A stretch of DNA of 64,000 bases from Raja brachyura (Eukaryota): positions 51,026,001 through 51,090,000 of the forward strand of contig OY740790.1 of assembly GCA_963514005.1 (NCBI GenBank). The letters run 5' to 3'. A program made the position numbers and the translations under genes. Positions 38,219-50,150 of the stretch are shown piece after piece; positions within the stretch are counted from its first letter, which is position 1; each line of letters starts with the position of its first letter. Under the pieces are notes generated by a model. That model saw only the letters and a program-made list of their open reading frames with translations, was not told the origin of the DNA and made no database searches.

Positions 38219-39487
38219 ATGGTTTATTCTCTTGAAGGGATAGCAGCGCATTTGGAAAGTGGTGAAATCATTGGACAAAGTCAGCATGGATTTACGAAAG
38301 GTAAATCATGTCTGACAAATCTGATAGAATTTTTCGAGGATGTAACTAGTAGAGTGGATAAGGGAGAACCAGTGGATGTGTTATATCTAGACTTTCAGAA
38401 GGCTTTCGACAAGGTCCCGCATAAGAGATTAGCATACAAACTTAAAGCACACGGTATTGGGGGTTCAGTATTGATGTGGATAGAGAACTGGCTAGCAGAC
38501 AGGAGGCAAAGGGTAGGAGTAAACGGGTCCTTTTCAGAATGGCAGGCAGTGACTAGTGGGGTGCCGCAAGGCTCAGTGCTGGGACCCCAGCTATTTACAA
38601 TATATATTAATGATTTGGACGAGGGAATTCAATGCAACATCTCCAAATTTGCAGATGATACCAAGCTGGGGGGTATAGTTAGGTGTGAGGAGGATGCTTG
38701 GAGGCTGCAGGGTGATTTGGATAGGCTGAGTGAATGGGCAGATGCATGGCAGATGCAGTACAATGTGGATAAATGTGAGGTTATCCACTTTGGTGGCAAA
38801 AACATGAGGGTAGACTATTATCTGAATGGTGGCAGATTAGGTAAGGGGGATATGCAACGAGACCTGGGTGTCATGGTACACCAGTCATTGAAAGTAGGCA
38901 TGCAGGTGCAGCAGGCAGTGAAGAAAGCAAATGGTATGTTAGCATTCATAGCGAAAGGATTTGAGTATAGGAGCAGGGAGGTTCTACTGCAGTTGTACAG
39001 GGTTTTGGTGAGGCCACACCTGGAGTACTGCGTACAGTTTTGGTCTCCAAATCTGAGGAAAGACATCCTTGCCATAGAGGGGGTACAGAGAAGATTCACC
39101 AGACTGATTCCTGGGATGTCAGGACTTTCATATGAGGAAAGATTGGATAGACTCGGTTTGTACTCGATGGAATTTAGAAGATTGAGGGGGGATCTTATAG
39201 AAACCTACAAAATTCTTAAGGGGTTGGACAAGCTAGATGCTGGAAGATTGTTCCCGATGTTGGGGGAGTCCAGAACAAGGGGTCACAGTCTAAGGATAAG
39301 GGGGAATTCCTTTAGGACCGAAATGAGGAAAACATTCTTTACACAGAGAGTGGTGAGTCTCTGGAATTCTCTGCCACAGAAGGTAGTTGACGCCAGTTCA
39401 TTGGCTATATTTAAGAGGGCGTTAGATGTGGCACTTGTGGCTAAAGGGATCAGGGGGTATGGAGAGAAGGCAGGTACGGGATACTGA
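38219..39487 (+). CDS. Chimeric junction ORF: unique-DNA ATG fused in frame to CR1 RT (no endonuclease)
   Basis: gaaATGg at 38219, then MVYSLE|GIAAHLES...; the listed ORF starts at TTG 38207. Expression is unknown. Confidence 0.45.
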   Translation: MVYSLEGIAAHLESGEIIGQSQHGFTKGKSCLTNLIEFFEDVTSRVDKGEPVDVLYLDFQKAFDKVPHKRLAYKLKAHGIGGSVLMWIENWLADRRQRVGVNGSFSEWQAVTSGVPQGSVLGPQLFTIYINDLDEGIQCNISKFADDTKLGGIVRCEEDAWRLQGDLDRLSEWADAWQMQYNVDKCEVIHFGGKNMRVDYYLNGGRLGKGDMQRDLGVMVHQSLKVGMQVQQAVKKANGMLAFIAKGFEYRSREVLLQLYRVLVRPHLEYCVQFWSPNLRKDILAIEGVQRRFTRLIPGMSGLSYEERLDRLGLYSMEFRRLRGDLIETYKILKGLDKLDAGRLFPMLGESRTRGHSLRIRGNSFRTEMRKTFFTQRVVSLWNSLPQKVVDASSLAIFKRALDVALVAKGIRGYGEKAGTGY

Positions 39488-40705
39488 GTTGGATGATCAG
39501 CCATGATCACATTGAATGGCGGTGCAGGCTCGAAGGGCCGAATGGCCTACTCCTGCACCTATTTTCTATGTTTCTATGTTTCTAAATGATATCATGAATG
39601 ATTTGCAGTTAATTTGTTAACTTCATAATCCAAAAATATGAGGGAGAATGTATTTCTGTATTTATGTAGGACTGTGAGATCAGTGAGGCGAATACTAATA
39701 TGGAAGGGCAGTAGAGAATAAGGAGGAGGCGTTGGGGTTCTTGAAGTCCTTGGGGCCTGATGAGATCTATCCCTGATTTTGAGACTGGGAAGACAGAGGA
39801 TTTCAGGAGCATTGATGAAGATCTTTGTATCTTCTCTAGCCACAGAGGAGGCCCTGAAGGGCTGGAGAGAAGCCAATTTAGTGTGGACACTTTAATGAGC
39901 AATTTTGGAAAAAGATTGCGGACCAATATGTGAGAGGAAGAAGTGATATATATTGATGTGATGATGATGATGGAGTTTTCTTTAGTTTAGAGATACGGCA
40001 CGGAAACAGGCCCTTCCGTGCACCGAGTCCGCACAGACCAGTGATCCCCGCATATTAACACTATCCTACACACACTAGGGACAATTTACACACAAACCAA
40101 GCCAATTAGCCTACATACTTGTACGTCTTTGGAGTGCGGGAGGAAACCGAAGATCTTGGGGGAAACCCACGCAGGTCACGGGGAGAATGTACAAACTCTG
40201 TACAGGCACCACCCGTAGTCGGGATTGAATCCGGATATCCGGCGCTACAAATCTTTATACACTTTAAAGTGATTTGTCATAATAATGCTGACCTGCACAC
40301 ATTTGGTGCTAGATTCCCCAAATTATGTGGTGCTTGTGCTGGTTGGAGAGAATTGTCCTCATTGTTGAAGTTTTAGAGATAAACTTTCTGGAGTACAAAA
40401 TACAACATTATATCATTTTGAAATGGGATGACAACTGTAGAAGAGCAAATAATGCATTTTCATGCCAAAATGCTAAACATCTGTATGCTAATATCTCAGC
40501 ATCATTTAGTTTCTTACTGTTCCTGCAAAAAGTATATTTTAAATTGTCTTTTTTTTTAAGCTGTAAACTTAAGTTTAAATTGAATGGTAGTGCTTTATTT
40601 TAATTGTAAACTGCCTGGTTGAAAGAAGTGCTCCGTGCTGACTTATTGTGAAATGAACTGTTTATCTCTCTGACACTTTTTGAAAATCCCGAATTGCCTG
40701 TTGAA

Positions 40706-41974
40706 ATGGTTTATTCTCTTGAAGGGATAGCAGCGCATTTGGAAAGTGGTGAAATCATTGGACAAAGTCAGCATGGATTTACGAAAGGTAAATCATGTCT
40801 GACAAATCTGATAGAATTTTTCGAGGATGTAACTAGTAGAGTGGATAAGGGAGAACCAGTGGATGTGTTATATCTAGACTTTCAGAAGGCTTTCGACAAG
40901 GTCCCGCATAAGAGATTAGCATACAAACTTAAAGCACACGGTATTGGGGGTTCAGTATTGATGTGGATAGAGAACTGGCTAGCAGACAGGAGGCAAAGGG
41001 TAGGAGTAAACGGGTCCTTTTCAGAATGGCAGGCAGTGACTAGTGGGGTGCCGCAAGGCTCAGTGCTGGGACCCCAGCTATTTACAATATATATTAATGA
41101 TTTGGACGAGGGAATTCAATGCAACATCTCCAAATTTGCAGATGATACCAAGCTGGGGGGTATAGTTAGGTGTGAGGAGGATGCTTGGAGGCTGCAGGGT
41201 GATTTGGATAGGCTGAGTGAATGGGCAGATGCATGGCAGATGCAGTACAATGTGGATAAATGTGAGGTTATCCACTTTGGTGGCAAAAACATGAGGGTAG
41301 ACTATTATCTGAATGGTGGCAGATTAGGTAAGGGGGATATGCAACGAGACCTGGGTGTCATGGTACACCAGTCATTGAAAGTAGGCATGCAGGTGCAGCA
41401 GGCAGTGAAGAAAGCAAATGGTATGTTAGCATTCATAGCGAAAGGATTTGAGTATAGGAGCAGGGAGGTTCTACTGCAGTTGTACAGGGTTTTGGTGAGG
41501 CCACACCTGGAGTACTGCGTACAGTTTTGGTCTCCAAATCTGAGGAAAGACATCCTTGCCATAGAGGGGGTACAGAGAAGATTCACCAGACTGATTCCTG
41601 GGATGTCAGGACTTTCATATGAGGAAAGATTGGATAGACTCGGTTTGTACTCGATGGAATTTAGAAGATTGAGGGGGGATCTTATAGAAACCTACAAAAT
41701 TCTTAAGGGGTTGGACAAGCTAGATGCTGGAAGATTGTTCCCGATGTTGGGGGAGTCCAGAACAAGGGGTCACAGTCTAAGGATAAGGGGGAATTCCTTT
41801 AGGACCGAAATGAGGAAAACATTCTTTACACAGAGAGTGGTGAGTCTCTGGAATTCTCTGCCACAGAAGGTAGTTGACGCCAGTTCATTGGCTATATTTA
41901 AGAGGGCGTTAGATGTGGCACTTGTGGCTAAAGGGATCAGGGGGTATGGAGAGAAGGCAGGTACGGGATACTGA
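40706..41974 (+). CDS. Second copy of the chimeric RT ORF
   Basis: Identical to 38219-39487, shifted by 2487 bp. Confidence 0.45.
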   Translation: MVYSLEGIAAHLESGEIIGQSQHGFTKGKSCLTNLIEFFEDVTSRVDKGEPVDVLYLDFQKAFDKVPHKRLAYKLKAHGIGGSVLMWIENWLADRRQRVGVNGSFSEWQAVTSGVPQGSVLGPQLFTIYINDLDEGIQCNISKFADDTKLGGIVRCEEDAWRLQGDLDRLSEWADAWQMQYNVDKCEVIHFGGKNMRVDYYLNGGRLGKGDMQRDLGVMVHQSLKVGMQVQQAVKKANGMLAFIAKGFEYRSREVLLQLYRVLVRPHLEYCVQFWSPNLRKDILAIEGVQRRFTRLIPGMSGLSYEERLDRLGLYSMEFRRLRGDLIETYKILKGLDKLDAGRLFPMLGESRTRGHSLRIRGNSFRTEMRKTFFTQRVVSLWNSLPQKVVDASSLAIFKRALDVALVAKGIRGYGEKAGTGY

Positions 41975-44039
41975 GTTGGATGATCAGCCATGATCACATT
42001 GAATGGCGGTGCAGGCTCGAAGGGCCGAATGGCCTACTCCTGCACCTATTTTCTATGTTTCTATGTTTCTAAATGATATCATGAATGATTTGCAGTTAAT
42101 TTGTTAACTTCATAATCCAAAAATATGAGGGAGAATGTATTTCTGTATTTATGTAGGACTGTGAGATCAGTGAGGCGAATACTAATATGGAAGGGCAGTA
42201 GAGAATAAGGAGGAGGCGTTGGGGTTCTTGAAGTCCTTGGGGCCTGATGAGATCTATCCCTGATTTTGAGACTGGGAAGACAGAGGATTTCAGGAGCATT
42301 GATGAAGATCTTTGTATCTTCTCTAGCCACAGAGGAGGCCCTGAAGGGCTGGAGAGAAGCCAATTTAGTGTGGACACTTTAATGAGCAATTTTGGAAAAA
42401 GATTGCGGACCAATATGTGAGAGGAAGAAGTGATATATATTGATGTGATGATGATGATGGAGTTTTCTTTAGTTTAGAGATACGGCACGGAAACAGGCCC
42501 TTCCGTGCACCGAGTCCGCACAGACCAGTGATCCCCGCATATTAACACTATCCTACACACACTAGGGACAATTTACACACAAACCAAGCCAATTAGCCTA
42601 CATACTTGTACGTCTTTGGAGTGCGGGAGGAAACCGAAGATCTTGGGGGAAACCCACGCAGGTCACGGGGAGAATGTACAAACTCTGTACAGGCACCACC
42701 CGTAGTCGGGATTGAATCCGGATATCCGGCGCTACAAATCTTTATACACTTTAAAGTGATTTGTCATAATAATGCTGACCTGCACACATTTGGTGCTAGA
42801 TTCCCCAAATTATGTGGTGCTTGTGCTGGTTGGAGAGAATTGTCCTCATTGTTGAAGTTTTAGAGATAAACTTTCTGGAGTACAAAATACAACATTATAT
42901 CATTTTGAAATGGGATGACAACTGTAGAAGAGCAAATAATGCATTTTCATGCCAAAATGCTAAACATCTGTATGCTAATATCTCAGCATCATTTAGTTTC
43001 TTACTGTTCCTGCAAAAAGTATATTTTAAATTGTCTTTTTTTTTAAGCTGTAAACTTAAGTTTAAATTGAATGGTAGTGCTTTATTTTAATTGTAAACTG
43101 CCTGGTTGAAAGAAGTGCTCCGTGCTGACTTATTGTGAAATGAACTGTTTATCTCTCTGACACTTTTTGAAAATCCCGAATTGCCTGTTGAAATGGTTTA
43201 TTCTCTTGAAGGGATAATGCTTTGACTTTAATCCAAGGTTGCATCTTAATGACCAATCTGAACACCTTAGTCCAAAGTGGGCAGAAGCAGAAGTGGTAAC
43301 GTTGAACCTTTGCAGCGACTGTCTTCTCAAATAACCTTCTATTAAGAAAAAAAAACTTTTCTATTCCAGATTCCTTTTAATATTGAATCAATGTGGATTT
43401 TCAATGACGTGAAAAGAAGAAAATAAATGCAGGCTGCAGAGTAAATGAGAGACTTTCTCTTTTCTGTGTATATAATACGATATAACAACTCCCCTTGTCA
43501 TGGATGAGAGCTATTATAGTGTAGAGATGAATGTTACTGAGAGCCACAGAAGTAGATTGCAATACACCTCATGAAAGGTTTTTGTCTGCTGTTTCAACTT
43601 GCTGTTAACTGTGACAAAAGCATTACATGTACTGGCCCAAATGTTATAACCTGCACTTGCACCTTGCAAAACAAAGGAGTCATAATACAGTGCTGAACAA
43701 AGCATTTAGAATAGGGAGACTGCAATGTAAACAGAATTGTTCAGCTCTGATTGATAGTATTCTATTTAATGTAACCCATTCAGGACTGCACACATAAATG
43801 GATGTAATCCATAAAAAACATTCTGAGGTAGAATTTTCTAATAACAAATTGTCATGTTCATGTATGTTGATGGTTTTTGTTTCTATTAGATTCAGTTGTT
43901 CTCTATTTGTGAAGAATCTGATTTTTTTTAAATTTGTTTAAGCTTTGCACATTGTAACAATACTTATTAGGCATTTGAATTTTGCAAGATGGTGGGGTTG
44001 GATAAGGGTCAGGAGCCATTTTCCTCTATTTCAGTAATT

Positions 44040-44442
44040 TCCTGCAAGAACACAATTCCAGATGCCCACCACCATGACCGTTCCCTTTCTCTCTTCTACA
44101 TTCTGAGAAGATGCAGGAGCTCGAAAGCACGGATGTCTAGACTAGAGCAGCTTCTTCCCCACTGCTATCTGACTCCAGACCCAATCATTTCTTTCACATC
44201 CCTTTCCCAGAGCTGCTGCCACGTCCTCTTATCAAATTCTATTCTGTTATTGAGCTTCAGTATTTCTATGGTTAACTTCATCCTGCACTGCAATCTTTGA
44301 AGCAATTTACCATTTTGCACTCGTCATTGTATATATTGTTGTATTTATCATTGCTGTATGTATACTGTTTACTCTGAGCTTCATTTGAACAAGGAGTTTT
44401 ATTGCACTATAGTGTGTATGATAATAAACTAAACTAATCCAA
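44040..44442 (+). mobile_element. Degenerate Rex1/Babar 3' fragment
   Basis: DAHH...RRCRSSKARMSRL resembles the Rex C-terminus; tail tgataataaactaaactaa. Confidence 0.55.
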
Positions 44443-45081
44443 ACCCATCACCATGACTTTCATTTCCCTACGCCGTTTACAAACAACTGCTTCTACCTAC
44501 AGTGCCCTCCATAATGTTTGGGACAAAGACCCGTCATTTATTTATTTGCCTCTGTACTCCACAATTTGAGATTTGTAATAGAAAAAAAATCACATGTGGT
44601 TAAAGTGCACATGGCCAGATTTTAATAAAGGCCATTTTTATACATTTTAGTTTCACTATGCAGAAATTACAGCAATGTCATGTCAATGAAAGTAGTAATG
44701 TTTAGTATTTTGTTGCATATTCTTTGCATGTAATGACTGCTTGAAATCTGCGATTCATGGACATCACCAGTTGCTGGGGGTCAGTTGCTGGGGGTCTCCT
44801 CTGGTGATGCTCTGCCAGGCCTGTATTGCAGACATATTTAGCTTATGCTTGTTTTGGGGACTAGTCCCCTTCCGTTTTCTCTTCAGCATATAAAAGGCAT
44901 GCTCAATTCGGTTCAGATCAGGTGATTGACTTGACCCCTCAAAAATGACAATATTTTAGCTTTGAAAAACTCCTTTGTTGCTTTAGCAGTGTGTTTAGGA
45001 GCATTGTCTTGCTGTAGAATTAACCGCCAACCAATGAGTTTTGGGGCATTTGTTTGAACTTGAGCAGATAGGAAGTGTCTA

Positions 45082-46580
45082 CAGTGCATTCAGAAAGTAT
45101 TCAGACCCCTTCATTTTCCCCCCACATTTTGTTTGATTGCAGCCTTATTTTAAAATGGTTTATTTCATTTTTTTTATCATCAACCTACATACAATACCCC
45201 AGAAAGAAGTTAAAACAGATGTTTAGAAATTTTTGCAAAGTAATTAAAAAAAAAACTGAAATATCACATTTACATAAGTATTCAGACCCTTTGCTATGAC
45301 ACTCAAAATTGAGCATAGGTTCATCCTGTTTCCATTGATTATCCTTGATATATGTTTCTACGACTTGATTGGAGTCCACCAGTGGTAAATTAATTTGATT
45401 GGACATGATTTTGAAAGGCACACGCCTGTGAATGTAAGGTCCTGCAGTTGACATTACATGTCAGAGCAAAAACCAAGCCATGAAGACAAAGGAACAGGAT
45501 AGTGTCGAGACACAGATCTGGGGAAGGGTATAAACAATTTATGCAGTATTGCAGGTCCTAAAGAGCACAGTGGCCTCCATCATTCTTAAATGAAAGAACT
45601 TTGGAAGCACCAATTCTCTTCATAGAGCTGGCCGCCCGGTCAAACTGAGCAATTGGGGGAGAAGGGCCTTTGTCAGGGAGGTGACCAAGAACCTGATGGT
45701 CACTCTGACAGAGCTCCAGATTTCCTCTGTGGAGATGGGAGAACCTTTCAGAAGGACAACTATATCTGCAGAACTCCACCAATTAGGCCTTTATGGTAGA
45801 GTGGCCAGACAGAAGCCACTCTTCAGTAAAAGGCACATGGCAGCCCACTTGAAGTTTGCCAAAAAGCACCTAAAGGACTCTCAGACCATGAGAAACAAGA
45901 TTATCTGTCTGATGAAACCAAGATTAAAATCTTTGACCTGAATGCCAAGCGTCACGTCTGGAGGAAAGCAGGCACCGCTCATCACGGTGAGGTATGGTGG
46001 TGGCAGCATCATGCTGTGGGGATGTTTTTCAGCGGCAGAAACTTGGAGACTAGTCAAGGTCGAGGGAAAGACAAACGGAGCAAAGTACAGAGAGATCCTT
46101 GATGAAAACCTGCTCCAGAGCGTTCTGGGCCTCAGACTGGGGCAGAGGTTCACCGTCCAACAGGACAATGACCCTACGCACACAGCCAAGACAACGCAGG
46201 AGTGGCTTTGTGACAAGTCTGTGAATGTCCTTGAGTGGCCCAGCCAGAGCCCGAACTTGAACCCGTTCGAACATCTCTGGAGGTACCTGAAAATAGCTGT
46301 GCATCGACGCTCCCCATTCAACCTGACAGAGCTTGAGAGGATCTGCAGAGAAGAATAGGAGAAATTACCCAAATATAGGTGTGCCAAGCTTGTAGCGTCA
46401 TACCCAAGAGGACTTGAGGCTGTAATTGCTGCCAAAGGTGCCTCAACAAAGTACTGAGTAACGGGTCTGAATATTTATGTTAATATTATTTACATCAGTT
46501 ATTTATGTTTAATTTGCAAAAATTTCTAAACACGTTTTTGCTTTTTTATGATGGGGTATTGTAGGTAGATTGCTGATAAG
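45082..46580 (+). mobile_element. Tc1 IR/DR-type transposon (inner), right TIR truncated
   Basis: TA-cagtgcattcagaaagtattcagaccc; internal DR aagtattcagaccc near 45276; reversed inner DR gggtctgaatatt near 46463. Confidence 0.9.
45480..46458 (+). pseudogene. Tc1 DD34E transposase, frameshifted
   Basis: SDETKI, YGGGSIMLWGCF, QQDNDPTH, WPSQSPNLNPFEHLW. Confidence 0.92.
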
Positions 46581-46979
46581 TTTCCAAAGGTGATGGAAAG
46601 ACTGGAGGAAAGACTAGGTGCTGAGAGCTCTCTTACACCTGCATTGAGGCAATTAAACACACCTGAGCAATTACAAACAGCTGTGAAGCCATGTGTCCCA
46701 AACATTATGGTGCCCTGAAATGGGTGGACTATGTATAAACACTGTTGTAATTTCTATATGGTGAAACCAAAATGTATAAAAATGACCTTTATTAAAATCT
46801 GACAATGTGCACATTTTTTCACCATATTCCTATCACAAATCTCAAAATATGGAGCACTGAGGCAAATAAATAAGTGAAGGGTCTTTGTCCCAAACATTAT
46901 GGAGGGCACTGTAGTAGTGACAGAATTTAGGATTTATGAAGGATACGAGTGGGTGAAGCAACCAGCACCCGGGATGCAT

Positions 46980-47225
46980 TTATTCGGCCCAACATGCCCA
47001 CACCAACAATGTCCCAGCTACACTAGTCCCATCTGCCTGCGTTTGGTCCATATCCCTCCAAACCTGCCCTATCCATGTACCTGTCTAACTGTTTCTTAAA
47101 CAATGGGATAGTCCCAGCCTCAACTACCTCCTCTGGCAGCTTGTTCCACACACCCACCACACTTTGTGTGAAAAGGTTACCCCTCAGATTCCTATTAAGT
47201 CTTTTCCCCGTCACCTATGTCCTCT
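46980..47225 (-). mobile_element. CR1 3' fragment
   Basis: ORF 47023-47214 (FTQSVVGVWNKLPEEVVEA). Confidence 0.88.
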
Positions 47226-47249
47226 GGGACATTTAGAGCTGTAACAACT

Positions 47250-47375
47250 GGGAGCTGCAGATGCTGGTTTACAAGAAGCAACACAAAGTGCTGGAGTAAG
47301 GCAGCGGGCGGGTCAGGCGGCATCTTTGGAGTACATGGATAGGCGACGTTTTGGGTCGACACCTCGTTTCAGACT
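47250..47375 (-). mobile_element. PLE-derived 3' end
   Basis: ctgcagatgctgg...gataggcgacgttttgggtcgac...ttcagact. Confidence 0.78.
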
Positions 47376-47394
47376 ATTTTGAGATCAAGAGCTG

Positions 47395-47925
47395 GCAGCT
47401 GTGGCACAGTGGTGCAGCAGTAGAGTTGCTGCCTTAAGGGCCGGTCCCACTTTCACGACCTCTGCCGAGCTTGCCCGTGACTCATACTTGCAGCATGGTC
47501 GTCACAAGGTCGTAGGAGGTCGTGATTCTGGTCGTGGGTACTTGTGGCATCAAGTAGGTCGTGGCATTTTTTCTAGCATGATGAAAAATGTCTGCGAGTA
47601 AAAACGGTCGTGAATTAGGTCGTGAAAGTGGGACAGGCCCATTTCAAATCTAGACATCTAGGTTCAATCATGACTATAGGCGCTGTCTGTACAGTTTGTA
47701 TGATCTCCCTGTGACTGTGTGGGCTTTCTCTAGGTGCTCTGGTTTCCCCCTGCATCCCAAAGATCTATAGGTTTATTGATTAATTGGCTCTGTTAAAAAT
47801 TGTAAATTGGCCCTAGTGTGTAGGATAGTGGTAGTGTACAGGATGATCGCTGGTCGACGTGGCTCGGTGGACCGAAACTAAAGGCATCTTTCTGCACGAC
47901 ATCTCTAAAGTCTAAGTTTAAGGTC
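47395..47925 (+). mobile_element. V-SINE interrupted by a MITE
   Basis: Head gtggcacagtggtgcagcagtagag, box-B-like ggttcaatc, V-domain ggtgctctggtttcccc, tail tctaaagtctaag. Confidence 0.8.
47437..47641. mobile_element. Harbinger-type MITE
   Basis: agggccggtcccactttcacgacct / aggtcgtgaaagtgggacaggccc; its interior is the reverse complement of 16696-16932. Confidence 0.85.
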
Positions 47926-48252
47926 AAAGTTCATCGTAGTAGATGATGTTGATTATAAAGAAGGAGAAGACTGGCAAAATACTCATGTCTTTAATGCTGT
48001 GAATGAAGATCTGAAAGGGCAGCAGAAGAACATTCTGTTTTGACCAATTGATTAAGTAATTTTCTAAAAGCCGCAGGAATATTGGAAGAGAGCAGAGAAA
48101 CATTACATGGCAAGTTAATTCAAGAAGCCTCCAGTGCAGAAAAAGTGGGACGAGCTTTCGAAATGCAGGTTACTGTGATTTTAACAGAAAGGGAAACCTG
48201 CTATTCTGGGAAGTAGCTCTTTCTATATCATTAGTTCTTTTGTGAACGGGGA

Positions 48253-48372
48253 AAGGGTCTCGACTTGAAACGTCACCTGTTCCTTTCCCTCAGAAAGGCT
48301 GCCCGACCGCTGAGTTACTCCAGCTTTTTGTGTCTATCTTCGGTTTAAACCAGCATCTGCCGTTCCTTCCCA
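48253..48372 (+). mobile_element. PLE-derived 3' end (partial hammerhead)
   Basis: aagggtctcgacttgaaacgtcacc...ccagcatctgccgttcc. Confidence 0.8.
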
Positions 48373-48471
48373 CATTAAGATTGTTCCTGTTGTGGGGTTA
48401 GCTGGCAGAACAAAGCGTGCAATAACGGCCTGTATTTCCTTCAGTAGTGCTGAATGCAGAAGCCATGGAGT

Positions 48472-48502
<31 letters not shown>
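48472..48502. repeat. poly-G run (31 nt)
   Basis: Seen directly. Confidence 0.9.
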
Positions 48503-48503
<1 letters not shown>

Positions 48504-48794
48504 ACGGGCTTTTGAAATTGTGACTTTGCTGGTGATTTGGGGGAAACTAAGTGCTATTTAGTAGCATGTGGTACAATGTATGAAGGGAATTTGTACAAAA
48601 TTGAACAGAAAAATCATACTTTTGTTATAAATTCTATGAAAGTATTTGTGGTATTTTTAGGCTAGTGTTAATCATTGACATTAATGGTTATTATATCTTT
48701 AAAAGGAAATGTATAAAATAGAGTATATATATTTAAAGTCTAGGATTTTCAAAAATGTACCTTTTTAAAACTTGGTTGTGCAGCATGCCAATGA

Positions 48795-49590
48795 GTAGAC
48801 CTGCGCCGCCTTCAAGAAGGTACTCGGATCCCGATGGTGGGCATCAGCCGTGCGGTCCTGCTGGGGATGCCCGGCATTCTACAGGGACTTGTTGAGGGTC
48901 TGGAAGCTGGTTGCCGTCGACCGGGCCCCCCCTTCACCTGCGGAGGGCGACGGCCCGGGCATGAGGGCAGCCGGCCCTTGTCCCGCCCCCACCGGGTGTC
49001 GGAGGGTACAGCACCGAGGGGTTCCCTGCAACTTGTTTCTCTCGCGGTTCACAGACTCGCCAGCCGCCTGCCACTTTTGTGGGCTGGAAGAGTTTGTGTG
49101 CTATGAGTATATGGAGTGTGTGAAGCTGCAGCCCCTGTTCCATTATCTAAAGGGGCTGCTCCTTGCCCTCTGGCTGCATTTTTCACCCACATCCTCATCT
49201 TTGGACACTCTGTGCGTAGGGGAGAGAGAGGGTAGGGCTGATGATGTCCTGGTTGGGTTGCTCCTGGGCCTGGCCAAGCTGGCCATCTGCGAGTCACGGT
49301 GCCAGGCGGAAGAGGGCTCTGCCCGAGCTGGTTGCCTGCCGCTTTCCCGGGGTTACGTCCGTGCCCGAGTGGGGTTAGAAGGGACTACGCGCTGTCCACG
49401 GGCACCCTGGGGGATTTCCACTGGGCACCGCAGGGAGTTGAATGCATCCTCAATAAAGATTGTAACATAGTTGTATAGTAGTTTCTGTAGGATATTTGTT
49501 TGTATTGTATTATGGTGGTGGGTTCTGGTTTGTTTTATTGTAGTGTAAATATTTTTTAATAATTGAATAAACCTTTTCATAAATAAAATG
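48795..49590 (+). mobile_element. Tx1-like (L1 clade) 3' fragment
   Basis: PAFYRDLLRVWK, CHFCGLEE...EC..LQPLF, LLLGLAKLAI; T-rich UTR with aataaa. Confidence 0.8.
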
Positions 49591-49667
49591 AAATTTTTTT
49601 TTTTAAGTGATTAGACCTGCTGCTTGCTGGGAGTAAGGGAGGTCAGAAATCAGGGTCTAGATGAACG

Positions 49668-50150
49668 GTAGATAAACATAAAAAGCTGGAGTAACTCAGC
49701 GGGACAGGCAGCCTCTCTGGAAAGAAGGAACGGGTGACGTTTCAGGCCGAGACCCTTCTCAGACTGGTTAGGGATAAGGGAACGAGAGAGATAGACGATG
49801 ATGTAGAGTGATAAAGAACAATGAATCTTCTTCTTGCGTATGGCGTGCACAGCCTACAGTAGGTCAACTATTTCTATTTGATCTTGTTTGTGCACATCCG
49901 GTTGATTGCATAGTAGAAACAGGGTAGACCACATGAAGGTTGCAATCTCCCCACCACGAACAATGATGAAAGATATGCAAAAAAAAGTAACGATGATAAA
50001 AGAAACAGAACATGTAAGTTGATTGTTGGGTGAAAACAAGATCTAGTGCGACTTGGGTAGGGGATGGATAGAGAGAGGTGGAATGCCGGGGTTACTTGAA
50101 GTTGGAGAGATCAGTGGGCTGTAAGCTGCCCAGTCGAAATATACGGCGCA
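49668..50150 (-). mobile_element. PLE 3' end (last GIY-YIG codons + UTR + degenerate hammerhead)
   Basis: Collinear with 28844-29230. Confidence 0.85.
49825..49957 (-). mobile_element. Short retroposon with a (GAA)n tail and 9-bp TSD (tentatively Vingi-like)
   Basis: Minus-strand end cacgccatacgcaagaagaaga; gaacaatga at 49816-49824 and 49958-49966. Confidence 0.65.

Larger units (their letters stand above)
35750..43210 (+). repeat. Tandem triplication of a 2487-bp unit (35750-38236, 38237-40723, 40724-43210)
   Basis: All ORFs recur at +2487 and +4974 with identical translations; GGGATA at 35750, 38237, 40724 and 43211. Confidence 0.97.
44500..46911 (-). mobile_element. Tc1 transposon (outer), internally deleted
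   Basis: TA-cagtgccctccataatgtttgggacaaagac ... gtctttgtcccaaacattatggagggcactg-TA; long TIRs; minus-strand transposase remnant (SQSPDLNRIEHAF, QAWQSITR). Confidence 0.92.

Noticed and set aside
34496-41997. Repeated antisense ORFs over CR1
   Set aside because: Shadow frames of ORF2; they recur only because of the repeat.
48472-48502. Long G/C homopolymers (also 3379, 24957, 31908, 55944, 58656) as G-quadruplex elements
   Set aside because: Simple slippage runs, often inside TEs, with unreliable lengths and no evidence of function.
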